From: Auanema rhodensis
Lineage: Eukaryota > Animalia > Nematoda
Assembly (NCBI GenBank): GCA_964057225.1
Contig: OZ059897.1
Coordinates: forward strand, 19,034,001 to 19,098,000
Reading direction: 5' to 3'
DNA: 64,000 nt
The position numbers were made by a program, and so were the translations under genes. This document shows, piece by piece, positions 40,501-54,300 of the stretch (within the stretch, counting starts at the first letter, position 1; the number at the start of each line of letters is the position of its first letter). The notes under the pieces were generated by a model. That model did no database searches. It had not been told where the DNA came from and saw only the letters and a program-made list of their open reading frames with translations.

Positions 40501-43500
40501 TCCGCATCGAATGCACTATACTACATTGAGAAACGCTTAATACAAAAATTAGTTATGATCGTTTGAAAAATGATGCATTAGTGTATGTTGAGTTTCCATG
40601 TACACTCAACATTGCTTCCAAAAACATTTTGACAAAAATTTTTTCGAAAAATTTCAAAATAATTTAGCAAAAAGTAGATGTTTTTAGATTCCATTTTTCA
40701 AGGCAAAGACGATAGACAATGTTATTCAACGAAAAAATTAATTCTTCAGGGTGAAAATCGAGGATATAAGTGTGAACTTATATCAGTTGATATCTCGGTG
40801 CATTTTTAAGCTAGCGCAAATCTGATAACACAGATCGACGCAGCTTAATAATCCGCATCGAATGCACTATACTACATTGAGAAACGCTTAATACAAAAAT
40901 TAGTTATGATCGTTTGAAAAATGATGCATTAGTGTATGTTGAGTTTCCATGTACACTCAACATTGCTTCCAAAAACATTTTGACAAAAATTTTTTCGAAA
41001 AATTTCAAAATAATTTAGCAAAAAGTAGATGTTTTAAGATTCCATTTTTCAAGGCAAAGACGATGGACAATGTTATTCAACGAAAAAATTAATTCTTCAG
41101 GGTGAAAATCGAGGATATAAGTGTGAACTTATATCAGTTGATATCTCGGTGCATTTTTAAGCTAGCGCAAATCTGATAACACAGATCGACGCAGCTTAAA
41201 AATCCGCATCGAATGCACTATACTACATTGAGAAACGCTTAATACAAAAATTAGTTATGATCGTTTGAAAAATGATGCATTAGTGTATGTTGAGTTTCCA
41301 TGTACACTCAACATTGCTTCCAAAAACATTTTGACAAAAATTTTTTCGAAAAATTTCAAAATAATTCAGCAAAAAGTAGATGTTTTAAGATTCCATTTTT
41401 GAAGGCAAAGACGATGGACAATGTTATTCAACGAAAAAATTAATTCTTCAGGGTGAAAATCGAGGATATAAGTGTGAACTTATATCAGTTGATATCTCGG
41501 TGCATTTTTAAGCTAGCGCAAATCTGATAACACAGATCGACGCAGCTTAAAAATCCGCATCGAATGCACTATACTACATTGAGAAACGCTTAATACAAAA
41601 ATTAGTTATGATCGTTTGAAAAATGATGCATTAGTGTATGTTGAGTTTCCATGTACACTCAACATTGCTTCCAAAAACATTTTGACAAAAATTTTTTCGA
41701 AAAATTTCAAAATAATTTAGCGAAAAGTAGATGTTTTAAGATTCCATTTTTCAAGGCAAAGACGATGGACAATGTTATTCAACGAAAAAATTAATTCTTC
41801 AGGGTGAAAATCGAGGATATAAGTGTGAACTTATATCAGTTGATATCTCGGTGCATTTTTAAGCTAGCGCAAATCTGATAACACAGATCGACGCAGCTTA
41901 AAAATCCGCATCGAATGCACTATACTACATTGAGAAACGCTTAATACAAAAATTAGTTATGATCGTTTGAAAAATGATGCATTAGTGTATGTTGAGTTTC
42001 CATGTACACTCAACATTGCTTCCAAAAACATTTTGACAAAAATTTTTTCGAAAAATTTCAAAATAATTTAGCAAAAAGTAGATGTTTTTAGATTCCATTT
42101 TTCAAGGCAAAGACGATAGACAATGTTATTCAACGAAAAAATTAATTCTTCAGGGTGAAAATCGAGGATATAAGTGTGAACTTATATCAGTTGATATCTC
42201 GGTGCATTTTTAAGCTAGCGCAAATCTGATAACACAGATCGACGCAGCTTAAAAATCCGCATCGAATGCACTATACTACATTGAGAAACGCTTAATACAA
42301 AAATTAGTTATGATCGTTTGAAAAATGATGCATTAGTGTATGTTGAGTTTCCATGTACACTCAACATTGCTTCCAAAAACATTTTGACAAAAATTTTTTC
42401 GAAAAATTTCAAAATAATTTAGCGAAAAGTAGATGTTTTAAGATTCCATTTTTCAAGGCAAAGACGATGGACAATGTTATTCAACGAAAAAATTAATTCT
42501 TCAGGGTGAAAATCGAGGATATAAGTGTGAACTTATATCAGTTGATATCTCGGTGCATTTTTAAGCTAGCGCAAATCTGATAACACAGATCGACGCAGCT
42601 TAAAAATCCGCATCGAATGCACTATACTACATTGAGAAACGCTTAATACAAAAATTAGTTATGATCGTTTGAAAAATGATGCATTAGTGTATGTTGAGTT
42701 TCCATGTACACTCAACATTGCTTCCAAAAACATTTTGACAAAAATTTTTTCGAAAAATTTCAAAATAATTTAGCAAAAAGTAGATGTTTTTAGATTCCAT
42801 TTTTCAAGGCAAAGACGATAGACAATGTTATTCAACGAAAAAATTAATTCTTCAGGGTGAAAATCGAGGATATAAGTGTGAACTTATATCAGTTGATATC
42901 TCGGTGCATTTTTAAGCTAGCGCAAATCTGATAACACAGATCGACGCAGCTTAATAATCCGCATCGAATGCACTATACTACATTAAGAAACACTTGATAC
43001 AAAAATTAGTTATGATCGTTTGAAAAATGATGCATTAGTGTATGTTGAGTTTCCATGTACACTCAACATTGCTTCCAAAAACATTTTGACAAAAATTTTT
43101 TCGAAAAATTTCAAAATAATTTAGCAAAAAGTAGATGTTTTAAGATTCCATTTTTCAAGGCAAAGACGATGGACAATGTTTTTCAACGAAAAAATTAATT
43201 CTTCAGGGTGAAAATCGAGGATATAAGTGTGAACTTATATCAGTTGATATCTCGGTGCATTTTTAAGCTAGCGCAAATCTGATAACACAGATCGACGCAG
43301 CTTAAAAATCCGCATCGAATGCACTATACTACATTGAGAAACGCTTAATACAAAAATTAGTTATGATCGTTTGAAAAATGATGCATTAGTGTATGTTGAG
43401 TTTCCATGTACACTCAACATTGCTTCCAAAAACATTTTGACAAAAATTTTTTCGAAAAATTTCAAAATAATTTAGCAAAAAGTAGATGTTTTTAGATTCC

Positions 43501-44199
43501 ATTTTTCAAGGCAAAGACGATAGACAATGTTATTCAACGAAAAAATTAATTCTTCAGGGTGAAAATCGAGGATATAAGTGTGAACTTATATCAGTTGATA
43601 TCTCGGTGCATTTTTAAGCTAGCGCAAATCTGATAACACAGATCGACGCAGCTTAATAATCCGCATCGAATGCACTATACTACATTGAGAAACGCTTAAT
43701 ACAAAAATTAGTTATGATCGTTTGAAAAATGATGCATTAGTGTATGTTGAGTTTCCATGTACACTCAACATTGCTTCCAAAAACATTTTGACAAAAATTT
43801 TTTCGAAAAATTTCAAAATAATTCAGCAAAAAGTAGATGTTTTAAGATTCCATTTTTGAAGGCAAAGACGATGGACAATGTTATTCAACGAAAAAATTAA
43901 TTCTTCAGGGTGAAAATCGAGGATATAAGTGTGAACTTATATCAGTTGATATCTCGGTGCATTTTTAAGCTAGCGCAAATCTGATAACACAGATCGACGC
44001 AGCTTAAAAATCCGCATCGAATGCACTATACTACATTGAGAAACGCTTAATACAAAAATTAGTTATGATCGTTTGAAAAATGATGCATTAGTGTATGTTG
44101 AGTTTCCATGTACACTCAACATTGCTTCCAAAAACATTTTGACAAAAATTTTTTCGAAAAATTTCAAAATAATTTAGCAAAAAGTAGATGTTTTTAGAT

Positions 44200-46300
44200 T
44201 CCTTTTTTCAAGGCAAAGACGATGGACAATGTTATTCAACGAAAAAATCAATTCTTCAGGGTGAAAATCGAGGATATAAGTGTGAACTTATATCAGTTGA
44301 TATCTCGGTGCATTTTTAAGCTAGCGCAAATCTGATAACACAGATCGACGCAGCTTAAAAATCCGCATCGAATGCACTATACTACATTGAGAAACGCTTA
44401 ATACAAAAATTAGTTATGATCGTTTGAAAAATGATGCATTAGTGTATGTTGAGTTTCCATGTACACTCAACATTGCTTCCAAAAACATTTTGACAAAAAT
44501 TTTTTCGAAAAATTTCAAAATAATTTAACAAAAAGTACATTTTTGTAGGTTCCTTTTTTCAAGGCAAAGACGATGGACAATGTTATTCAACGAAAAAATT
44601 AATTCTTCAGGGTGAAAATCGAGGATATAAGTGTGAACTTATATCAGTTGATATCTCGGTGCATTTTTAAGCTAGCGCAAATCTGATAACACAGATCGAC
44701 GCAGCTTAAAAATCCGCATCGAATGCACTATACTACATTGAGAAACGCTTAATACAAAAATTAGTTATGATCGTTTGAAAAATGATGCATTAGTGTATGT
44801 TGAGTTTCCATGTACACTCAACATTGCTTCCAAAAACATTTTGACAAAAATTTTTTCGAAAAATTTCAAAATAATTTAGCAAAAAGTAGATGTTTTTAGA
44901 TTCCTTTTTTCAAGGCAAAGACGATGGACAATGTTATTCAACGAAAAAATTAATTCTTCAGGGTGAAAATCGAGGATATAAGTGTGAACTTATATCAGTT
45001 GATATCTCGGTGCATTTTTAAGCTAGCGCAAATCTGATAACACAGATCGACGCAGCTTAAAAATCCGCATCGAATGCACTATACTACATTGAGAAACGCT
45101 TAATACAAAAATTAGTTATGATCGTTTGAAAAATGATGCATTAGTGTATGTTGAGTTTCCATGTACACTCAACATTGCTTCCAAAAACATTTTGACAAAA
45201 ATTTTTTCAAAAAATTTCAAAATAATTTAACAAAAAGTACATTTTTGTAGGTTCCTTTTTTCAAGGCAAAGACGATGGACAATGTTATCCAACGAAAAAA
45301 TTAATTCTTCAGGGTGAAAATCGAGGATATAAGTGTGAACTTATATCAGTTGATATCTCGGTGCATTTTTAAGCTAGCGCAAATCTGATAACACAGATCG
45401 ACGCAGCTTAAAAATCCGCATCGAATGCACTATACTACATTGAGAAACGCTTAATACAAAAATTAGTTATGATCGTTTGAAAAATGATGCATTAGTGTAT
45501 GTTGAGTTTCCATGTACACTCAACATTGCTTCCAAAAACATTTTGACAAAAATTTTTTCGAAAAATTTCAAAATAATTTAGCAAAAAGTAGATGTTTTTA
45601 GATTTCTTTTTTCAAGGCAAAGACGATGGACAATGTTATTCAACGAAAAAATTAATTCTTCAGGGTGAAAATCGAGGATATAAGTGTGAACTTATATCAG
45701 TTGATATATCGGTGCATTTTTAAGCTAGCGCAAATCTGATAACACAGATCGACGCAGCTTAAAAATCCGCATCGAATGCACTATACTACATTGAGAAACG
45801 CTTAATACAAAAATTAGTTATGATCGTTTGAAAAATGATGCATTAGTGTATGTTGAGTTTCCATGTACACTCAACATTGCTTCCAAAAACATTTTGACAA
45901 AAATTTTTTCGAAAAATTTCAAAATAATTTAACAAAAAGTACATTTTTGTAGGTTCCTTTTTTCAAGGCAAAGACGATGGACAATGTTATCCAACGAAAA
46001 AATTAATTCTTCAGGGTGAAAATCGAGGATATAAGTGTGAACTTATATCAGTTGATATCTCGGTGCATTTTTAAGCTAGCGCAAATCTGATAACACAGAT
46101 CGACGCAGCTTAAAAATCCGCATCGAATGCACTATACTACATTGAGAAACGCTTAATACAAAAATTAGTTATGATCGTTTGAAAAATGATGCATTAGTGT
46201 ATGTTGAGTTTCCATGTACACTCAACATTGCTTCCAAAAACATTTTGACAAAAATTTTTTCGAAAAATTTCAAAATAATTTAGCAAAAAGTAGATGTTTT
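44200..46300. repeat. Dimeric (702-bp) sub-array carrying a divergent monomer variant
   Basis: The variant tract acaaaaagtacatttttgtagg occurs at 44528, 45230 and 45932, in alternate monomers only. Confidence 0.85.
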
Positions 46301-48319
46301 TAGATTCCTTTTTTCAAGGCAAAGACGATGGACAATGTTATTCAACGAAAAAATTAATTCTTCAGGGTGAAAATCGAGGATATAAGTGTGAACTTATATC
46401 AGTTGATATATCGGTGCATTTTTAAGCTAGCGCAAATCTGATAACACAGATCGACGCAGCTTAAAAATCCGCATCGAATGCACTATACTACATTGAGAAA
46501 CGCTTAATACAAAAATTAGTTATGATCGTTTGAAAAATGATGCATTAGTGTATGTTGAGTTTCCATGTACACTCAACATTGCTTCCAAAAACATTTTGAC
46601 AAAAATTTTTTCGAAAAATTTCAAAATAATTTAGCAAAAAGTAGATGTTTTTAGATTCCTTTTTTCAAGGCAAAGACGATGGACAATGTTATTCAACGAA
46701 AAAATTAATTCTTCAGGGTGAAAATCGAGGATATAAGTGTGAACTTATATCAGTTGATATATCGGTGCATTTTTAAGCTAGCGCAAATCTGATAACACAG
46801 ATCGACGCAGCTTAAAAATCCGCATCGAATGCACTATACTACATTGAGAAACGCTTAATACAAAAATTAGTTATGATCGTTTGAAAAATGATGCATTAGT
46901 GTATGTTGAGTTTCCATGTACACTCAACATTGCTTCCAAAAACATTTTGACAAAAATTTTTTCGAAAAATTTCAAAATAATTTAGCAAAAAGTAGATGTT
47001 TTAAGATTCCATTTTTCAAGGCAAAGACGATGGACAATGTTATTCAACGAAAAAATTAATTCTTCAGGGTGAAAATCGAGGATATAAGTGTGAACTTATA
47101 TCAGTTGATATCTCGGTGCATTTTTAAGCTAGCGCAAATCTGATAACACAGATCAACGCAGCTTAATAATCCGCATCGAATGCACTATACTACATTAAGA
47201 AACACTTGATACAAAAATTAGTTATGATCGTTTGAAAAATGATGCATTAGTGTATGTTGAGTTTCCATGTACACTCAACATTGCTTCCAAAAACATTTTG
47301 ACAAAAATTTTTTCGAAAAATTTCAAAATAATTTAGCAAAAAGTAGATGTTTTAAGATTCCATTTTTCAAGGCAAAGACGATGGACAATGTTTTTCAACG
47401 AAAAAATTAATTCTTCAGGGTGAAAATCGAGGATATAAGTGTGAACTTATATCAGTTGATATCTCGGTGCATTTTTAAGCTAGCGCAAATCTGATAACAC
47501 AGATCGACGCAGCTTAAAAATCCGCATCGAATGCACTATACTACATTGAGAAACGCTTAATACAAAAATTAGTTATGATCGTTTGAAAAATGATGCATTA
47601 GTGTATGTTGAGTTTCCATGTACACTCAACATTGCTTCCAAAAACATTTTGACAAAAATTTTTTCGAAAAATTTCAAAATAATTTAGCAAAAAGTAGATG
47701 TTTTTAGATTCCATTTTTCAAGGCAAAGACGATAGACAATGTTATTCAACGAAAAAATTAATTCTTCAGGGTGAAAATCGAGGATATAAGTGTGAACTTA
47801 TATCAGTTGATATCTCGGTGCATTTTTAAGCTAGCGCAAATCTGATAACACAGATCGACGCAGCTTAATAATCCGCATCGAATGCACTATACTACATTGA
47901 GAAACGCTTAATACAAAAATTAGTTATGATCGTTTGAAAAATGATGCATTAGTGTATGTTGAGTTTCCATGTACACTCAACATTGCTTCCAAAAACATTT
48001 TGACAAAAATTTTTTCGAAAAATTTCAAAATAATTTAGCAAAAAGTAGATGTTTTAAGATTCCATTTTTCAAGGCAAAGACGATGGACAATGTTATTCAA
48101 CGAAAAAATTAATTCTTCAGGGTGAAAATCGAGGATATAAGTGTGAACTTATATCAGTTGATATCTCGGTGTATTTTTAAGCTAGCGCAAATCTGATAAC
48201 ACAGATCGACGCAGCTTAAAAATCCGCATCGAATGCACTATACTACATTGAGAAACGCTTAATACAAAAATTAGTTATGATCGTTTGAAAAATGATGCAT
48301 TAGTGTATGTTGAGTTTCC

Positions 48320-51300
48320 ATGTACACTCAACATTGCTTCCAAAAACATTTTGACAAAAATTTTTTCGAAAAATTTCAAAATAATTTAGCGAAAAGTAGA
48401 TGTTTTTAGATTCCATTTTTCAAGGCAAAGACGATGGACAATGTTATTCAACGAAAAAATTCATTCTTCAGGGTGAAAATCGAGGATATAAGTGTGAACT
48501 TATATCAGTTGATATCTCGGTGCATTTATAAGCTAGCGCAAATCTGATAACACAGATCGACGCAGCTTAAAAATCCGCATCGAATGCACTATACTACATT
48601 GAAAAACGCTTGATACAAAAATTAGTTATGATCGTTTGAAAAATGATGCATTAGTGTATGTTGAGTTTCCATGTACACTCAACATTGCTTCCAAAAACAT
48701 TTTGACAAAAATTTTTTCGAAAAATTTCAAAATAATTTAGCAAAAAGTAGATGTTTTAAGATTCCATTTTTCAAGGCAAAGACGATGGACAATGTTATTC
48801 AACGAAAAAATTATTTCTTCAGGGTGAAAATCGAGGATATAAGTGTGAACTTATATCAGTTGATATCTCGGTGCATTTTTAAGCTAGCGCAAATCTGATA
48901 ACACAGATCGACGCAGCTTAAAAATCCGCATCGAATGCACTATACTACATTGAAAAACGCTTGATACAAAAATTAGTTATGATCGTTTGAAAAATGATGC
49001 ATTAGTGTATGTTGAGTTTCCATGTACACTCAACATTGCTTCCAAAAACATTTTGACAAAAATTTTTTCGAAAAATTTCAAAATAATTTAGCAAAAAGTA
49101 GATGTTTTTAGATTCCATTTCTCAAGGCAAAGACGATAGACAATGTTATTCAACGAAAAAATTAATTCTTCAGGGTGAAAATCGAGGATATAAGTGTGAA
49201 CTTATATCAGTTGATATCTCGGTGCATTTTTAAGCTAGCGCAAATCTGATAACACAGATCGACGCAGCTTAAAAATCCGCATCGAATGCACTATACTACA
49301 TTGAGAAACGCTTAATACAAAAATTAGTTATGATCGTTTGAAAAATGATGCATTAGTGTATGTTGAGTTTCCATGTACACTCAACATTGCTTCCAAAAAC
49401 ATTTTGACAAAAATTTTTTCGAAAAATTTCAAAATAATTTAGCGAAAAGTAGATGTTTTTAGATTCCATTTTTCAAGGCAAAGACGATGGACAATGTTAT
49501 TCAACGAAAAAATTAATTCTTCAGGGTGAAAATCGAGGATATAAGTGTGAACTTATATCAGTTGATATCTCGGTGCATTTATAAGCTAGCGCAAATCTGA
49601 TAACACAGATCGACGCAGCTTAAAAATCCGCATCGAATGCACTATACTACATTGAAAAACGCTTGATACAAAAATTAGTTATGATCGTTTGAAAAATGAT
49701 GCATTAGTGTATGTTGAGTTTCCATGTACACTCAACATTGCTTCCAAAAACATTTTGACAAAAATTTTTTCGAAAAATTTCAAAATAATTTAGCAAAAAG
49801 TAGATGTTTTAAGATTCCATTTTTCAAGGCAAAGACGATGGACAATGTTATTCAACGAAAAAATTATTTCTTCAGGGTGAAAATCGAGGATATAAGTGTG
49901 AACTTATATCAGTTGATATCTCGGTGCATTTTTAAGCTAGCGCAAATCTGATAACACAGATCGACGCAGCTTAAAAATCCGCATCGAATGCACTATACTA
50001 CATTGAAAAACGCTTGATACAAAAATTAGTTATGATCGTTTGAAAAATGATGCATTAGTGTATGTTGAGTTTCCATGTACACTCAACATTGCTTCCAAAA
50101 ACATTTTGACAAAAATTTTTTCGAAAAATTTCAAAATAATTTAGCAAAAAGTAGATGTTTTTAGATTCCATTTCTCAAGGCAAAGACGATAGACAATGTT
50201 ATTCAACGAAAAAATTAATTCTTCAGGGTGAAAATCGAGGATATAAGTGTGAACTTATATCAGTTGATATCTCGGTGCATTTTTAAGCTAGCGCAAATCT
50301 GATAACACAGATCGACGCAGCTTAAAAATCCGCATCGAATGCACTATACTACATTGAGAAACGCTTAATACAAAAATTAGTTATGATCGTTTGAAAAATG
50401 ATGCATTAGTGTATGTTGAGTTTCCATGTACACTCAACATTGCTTCCAAAAACATTTTGACAAAAATTTTTTCGAAAAATTTCAAAATAATTTAGCGAAA
50501 AGTAGATGTTTTTAGATTCCATTTTTCAAGGCAAAGACGATGGACAATGTTATTCAACGAAAAAATTCATTCTTCAGGGTGAAAATCGAGGATATAAGTG
50601 TGAACTTATATCAGTTGATATCTCGGTGCATTTATAAGCTAGCGCAAATCTGATAACACAGATCGACGCAGCTTAAAAATCCGCATCGAATGCACTATAC
50701 TACATTGAAAAACGCTTGATACAAAAATTAGTTATGATCGTTTGAAAAATGATGCATTAGTGTATGTTGAGTTTCCATGTACACTCAACATTGCTTCCAA
50801 AAACATTTTGACAAAAATTTTTTCGAAAAATTTCAAAATAATTTAGCAAAAAGTAGATGTTTTAAGATTCCATTTTTCAAGGCAAAGACGATGGACAATG
50901 TTATTCAACGAAAAAATTATTTCTTCAGGGTGAAAATCGAGGATATAAGTGTGAACTTATATCAGTTGATATCTCGGTGCATTTTTAAGCTAGCGCAAAT
51001 CTGATAACACAGATCGACGCAGCTTAAAAATCCGCATCGAATGCACTATACTACATTGAAAAACGCTTGATACAAAAATTAGTTATGATCGTTTGAAAAA
51101 TGATGCATTAGTGTATGTTGAGTTTCCATGTACACTCAACATTGCTTCCAAAAACATTTTGACAAAAATTTTTTCGAAAAATTTCAAAATAATTTAGCAA
51201 AAAGTAGATGTTTTTAGATTCCATTTCTCAAGGCAAAGACGATAGACAATGTTATTCAACGAAAAAATTAATTCTTCAGGGTGAAAATCGAGGATATAAG

Positions 51301-54300
51301 TGTGAACTTATATCAGTTGATATCTCGGTGCATTTTTAAGCTAGCGCAAATCTGATAACACAGATCGACGCAGCTTAAAAATCCGCATCGAATGCACTAT
51401 ACTACATTGAGAAACGCTTAATACAAAAATTAGTTATGATCGTTTGAAAAATGATGCATTAGTGTATGTTGAGTTTCCATGTACACTCAACATTGCTTCC
51501 AAAAACATTTTGACAAAAATTTTTTCGAAAAATTTCAAAATAATTTAGCGAAAAGTAGATGTTTTTAGATTCCATTTTTCAAGGCAAAGACGATGGACAA
51601 TGTTATTCAACGAAAAAATTAATTCTTCAGGGTGAAAATCGAGGATATAAGTGTGAACTTATATCAGTTGATATCTCGGTGCATTTATAAGCTAGCGCAA
51701 ATCTGATAACACAGATCGACGCAGCTTAAAAATCCGCATCGAATGCACTATACTACATTGAAAAACGCTTGATACAAAAATTAGTTATGATCGTTTGAAA
51801 AATGATGCATTAGTGTATGTTGAGTTTCCATGTACACTCAACATTGCTTCCAAAAACATTTTGACAAAAATTTTTTCGAAAAATTTCAAAATAATTTAGC
51901 AAAAAGTAGATGTTTTAAGATTCCATTTTTCAAGGCAAAGACGATGGACAATGTTATTCAACGAAAAAATTATTTCTTCAGGGTGAAAATCGAGGATATA
52001 AGTGTGAACTTATATCAGTTGATATCTCGGTGCATTTTTAAGCTAGCGCAAATCTGATAACACAGATCGACGCAGCTTAAAAATCCGCATCGAATGCACT
52101 ATACTACATTGAAAAACGCTTGATACAAAAATTAGTTATGATCGTTTGAAAAATGATGCATTAGTGTATGTTGAGTTTCCATGTACACTCAACATTGCTT
52201 CCAAAAACATTTTGACAAAAATTTTTTCGAAAAATTTCAAAATAATTTAGCAAAAAGTAGATGTTTTTAGATTCCATTTCTCAAGGCAAAGACGATAGAC
52301 AATGTTATTCAACGAAAAAATTAATTCTTCAGGGTGAAAATCGAGGATATAAGTGTGAACTTATATCAGTTGATATCTCGGTGCATTTTTAAGCTAGCGC
52401 AAATCTGATAACACAGATCGACGCAGCTTAAAAATCCGCATCGAATGCACTATACTACATTGAGAAACGCTTAATACAAAAATTAGTTATGATCGTTTGA
52501 AAAATGATGCATTAGTGTATGTTGAGTTTCCATGTACACTCAACATTGCTTCCAAAAACATTTTGACAAAAATTTTTTCGAAAAATTTCAAAATAATTTA
52601 GCAAAAAGTAGATGTTTTTAGATTCCTTTTTTCAAGGCAAAGACGATGGACAATGTTATTCAACGAAAAAATTATTTCTTCAGGGTGAAAATCGAGGATA
52701 TAAGTGTGAACTTATATCAGTTGATATCTCGGTGCATTTTTAAGCTAGCGCAAATCTGATAACACAGATCGACGCAGCTTAAAAATCCGCATCGAATGCA
52801 CTATACTACATTGAGAAACGCTTAATACAAAAATTAGTTATGATCGTTTGAAAAATGATGCATTAGTGTATGTTGAGTTTCCATGTACACTCAACATTGC
52901 TTCCAAAAACATTTTGACAAAAATTTTTTCGAAAAATTTCAAAATAATTTAGCGAAAAGTAGATGTTTTTAGATTCCATTTTTCAAGGCAAAGACGATGG
53001 ACAATGTTATTCAACGAAAAAATTAATTCTTCAGGGTGAAAATCGAGGATATAAGTGTGAACTTATATCAGTTGATATCTCGGTGCATTTATAAGCTAGC
53101 GCAAATCTGATAACACAGATCGACGCAGCTTAAAAATCCGCATCGAATGCACTATACTACATTGAAAAACGCTTGATACAAAAATTAGTTATGATCGTTT
53201 GAAAAATGATGCATTAGTGTATGTTGAGTTTCCATGTACACTCAACATTGCTTCCAAAAACATTTTGACAAAAATTTTTTCGAAAAATTTCAAAATAATT
53301 TAGCAAAAAGTAGATGTTTTAAGATTCCATTTTTCAAGGCAAAGACGATGGACAATGTTATTCAACGAAAAAATTATTTCTTCAGGGTGAAAATCGAGGA
53401 TATAAGTGTGAACTTATATCAGTTGATATCTCGGTGCATTTTTAAGCTAGCGCAAATCTGATAACACAGATCGACGCAGCTTAAAAATCCGCATCGAATG
53501 CACTATACTACATTGAAAAACGCTTGATACAAAAATTAGTTATGATCGTTTGAAAAATGATGCATTAGTGTATGTTGAGTTTCCATGTACACTCAACATT
53601 GCTTCCAAAAACATTTTGACAAAAATTTTTTCGAAAAATTTCAAAATAATTTAGCAAAAAGTAGATGTTTTTAGATTCCATTTCTCAAGGCAAAGACGAT
53701 AGACAATGTTATTCAACGAAAAAATTAATTCTTCAGGGTGAAAATCGAGGATATAAGTGTGAACTTATATCAGTTGATATCTCGGTGCATTTTTAAGCTA
53801 GCGCAAATCTGATAACACAGATCGACGCAGCTTAAAAATCCGCATCGAATGCACTATACTACATTGAGAAACGCTTAATACAAAAATTAGTTATGATCGT
53901 TTGAAAAATGATGCATTAGTGTATGTTGAGTTTCCATGTACACTCAACATTGCTTCCAAAAACATTTTGACAAAAATTTTTTCGAAAAATTTCAAAATAA
54001 TTTAGCAAAAAGTAGATGTTTTTAGATTCCTTTTTTCAAGGCAAAGACGATGGACAATGTTATTCAACGAAAAAATTATTTCTTCAGGGTGAAAATCGAG
54101 GATATAAGTGTGAACTTATATCAGTTGATATCTCGGTGCATTTTTAAGCTAGCGCAAATCTGATAACACAGATCGACGCAGCTTAAAAATCCGCATCGAA
54201 TGCACTATACTACATTGAAAAACGCTTGATACAAAAATTAGTTATGATCGTTTGAAAAATGATGCATTAGTGTATGTTGAGTTTCCATGTACACTCAACA

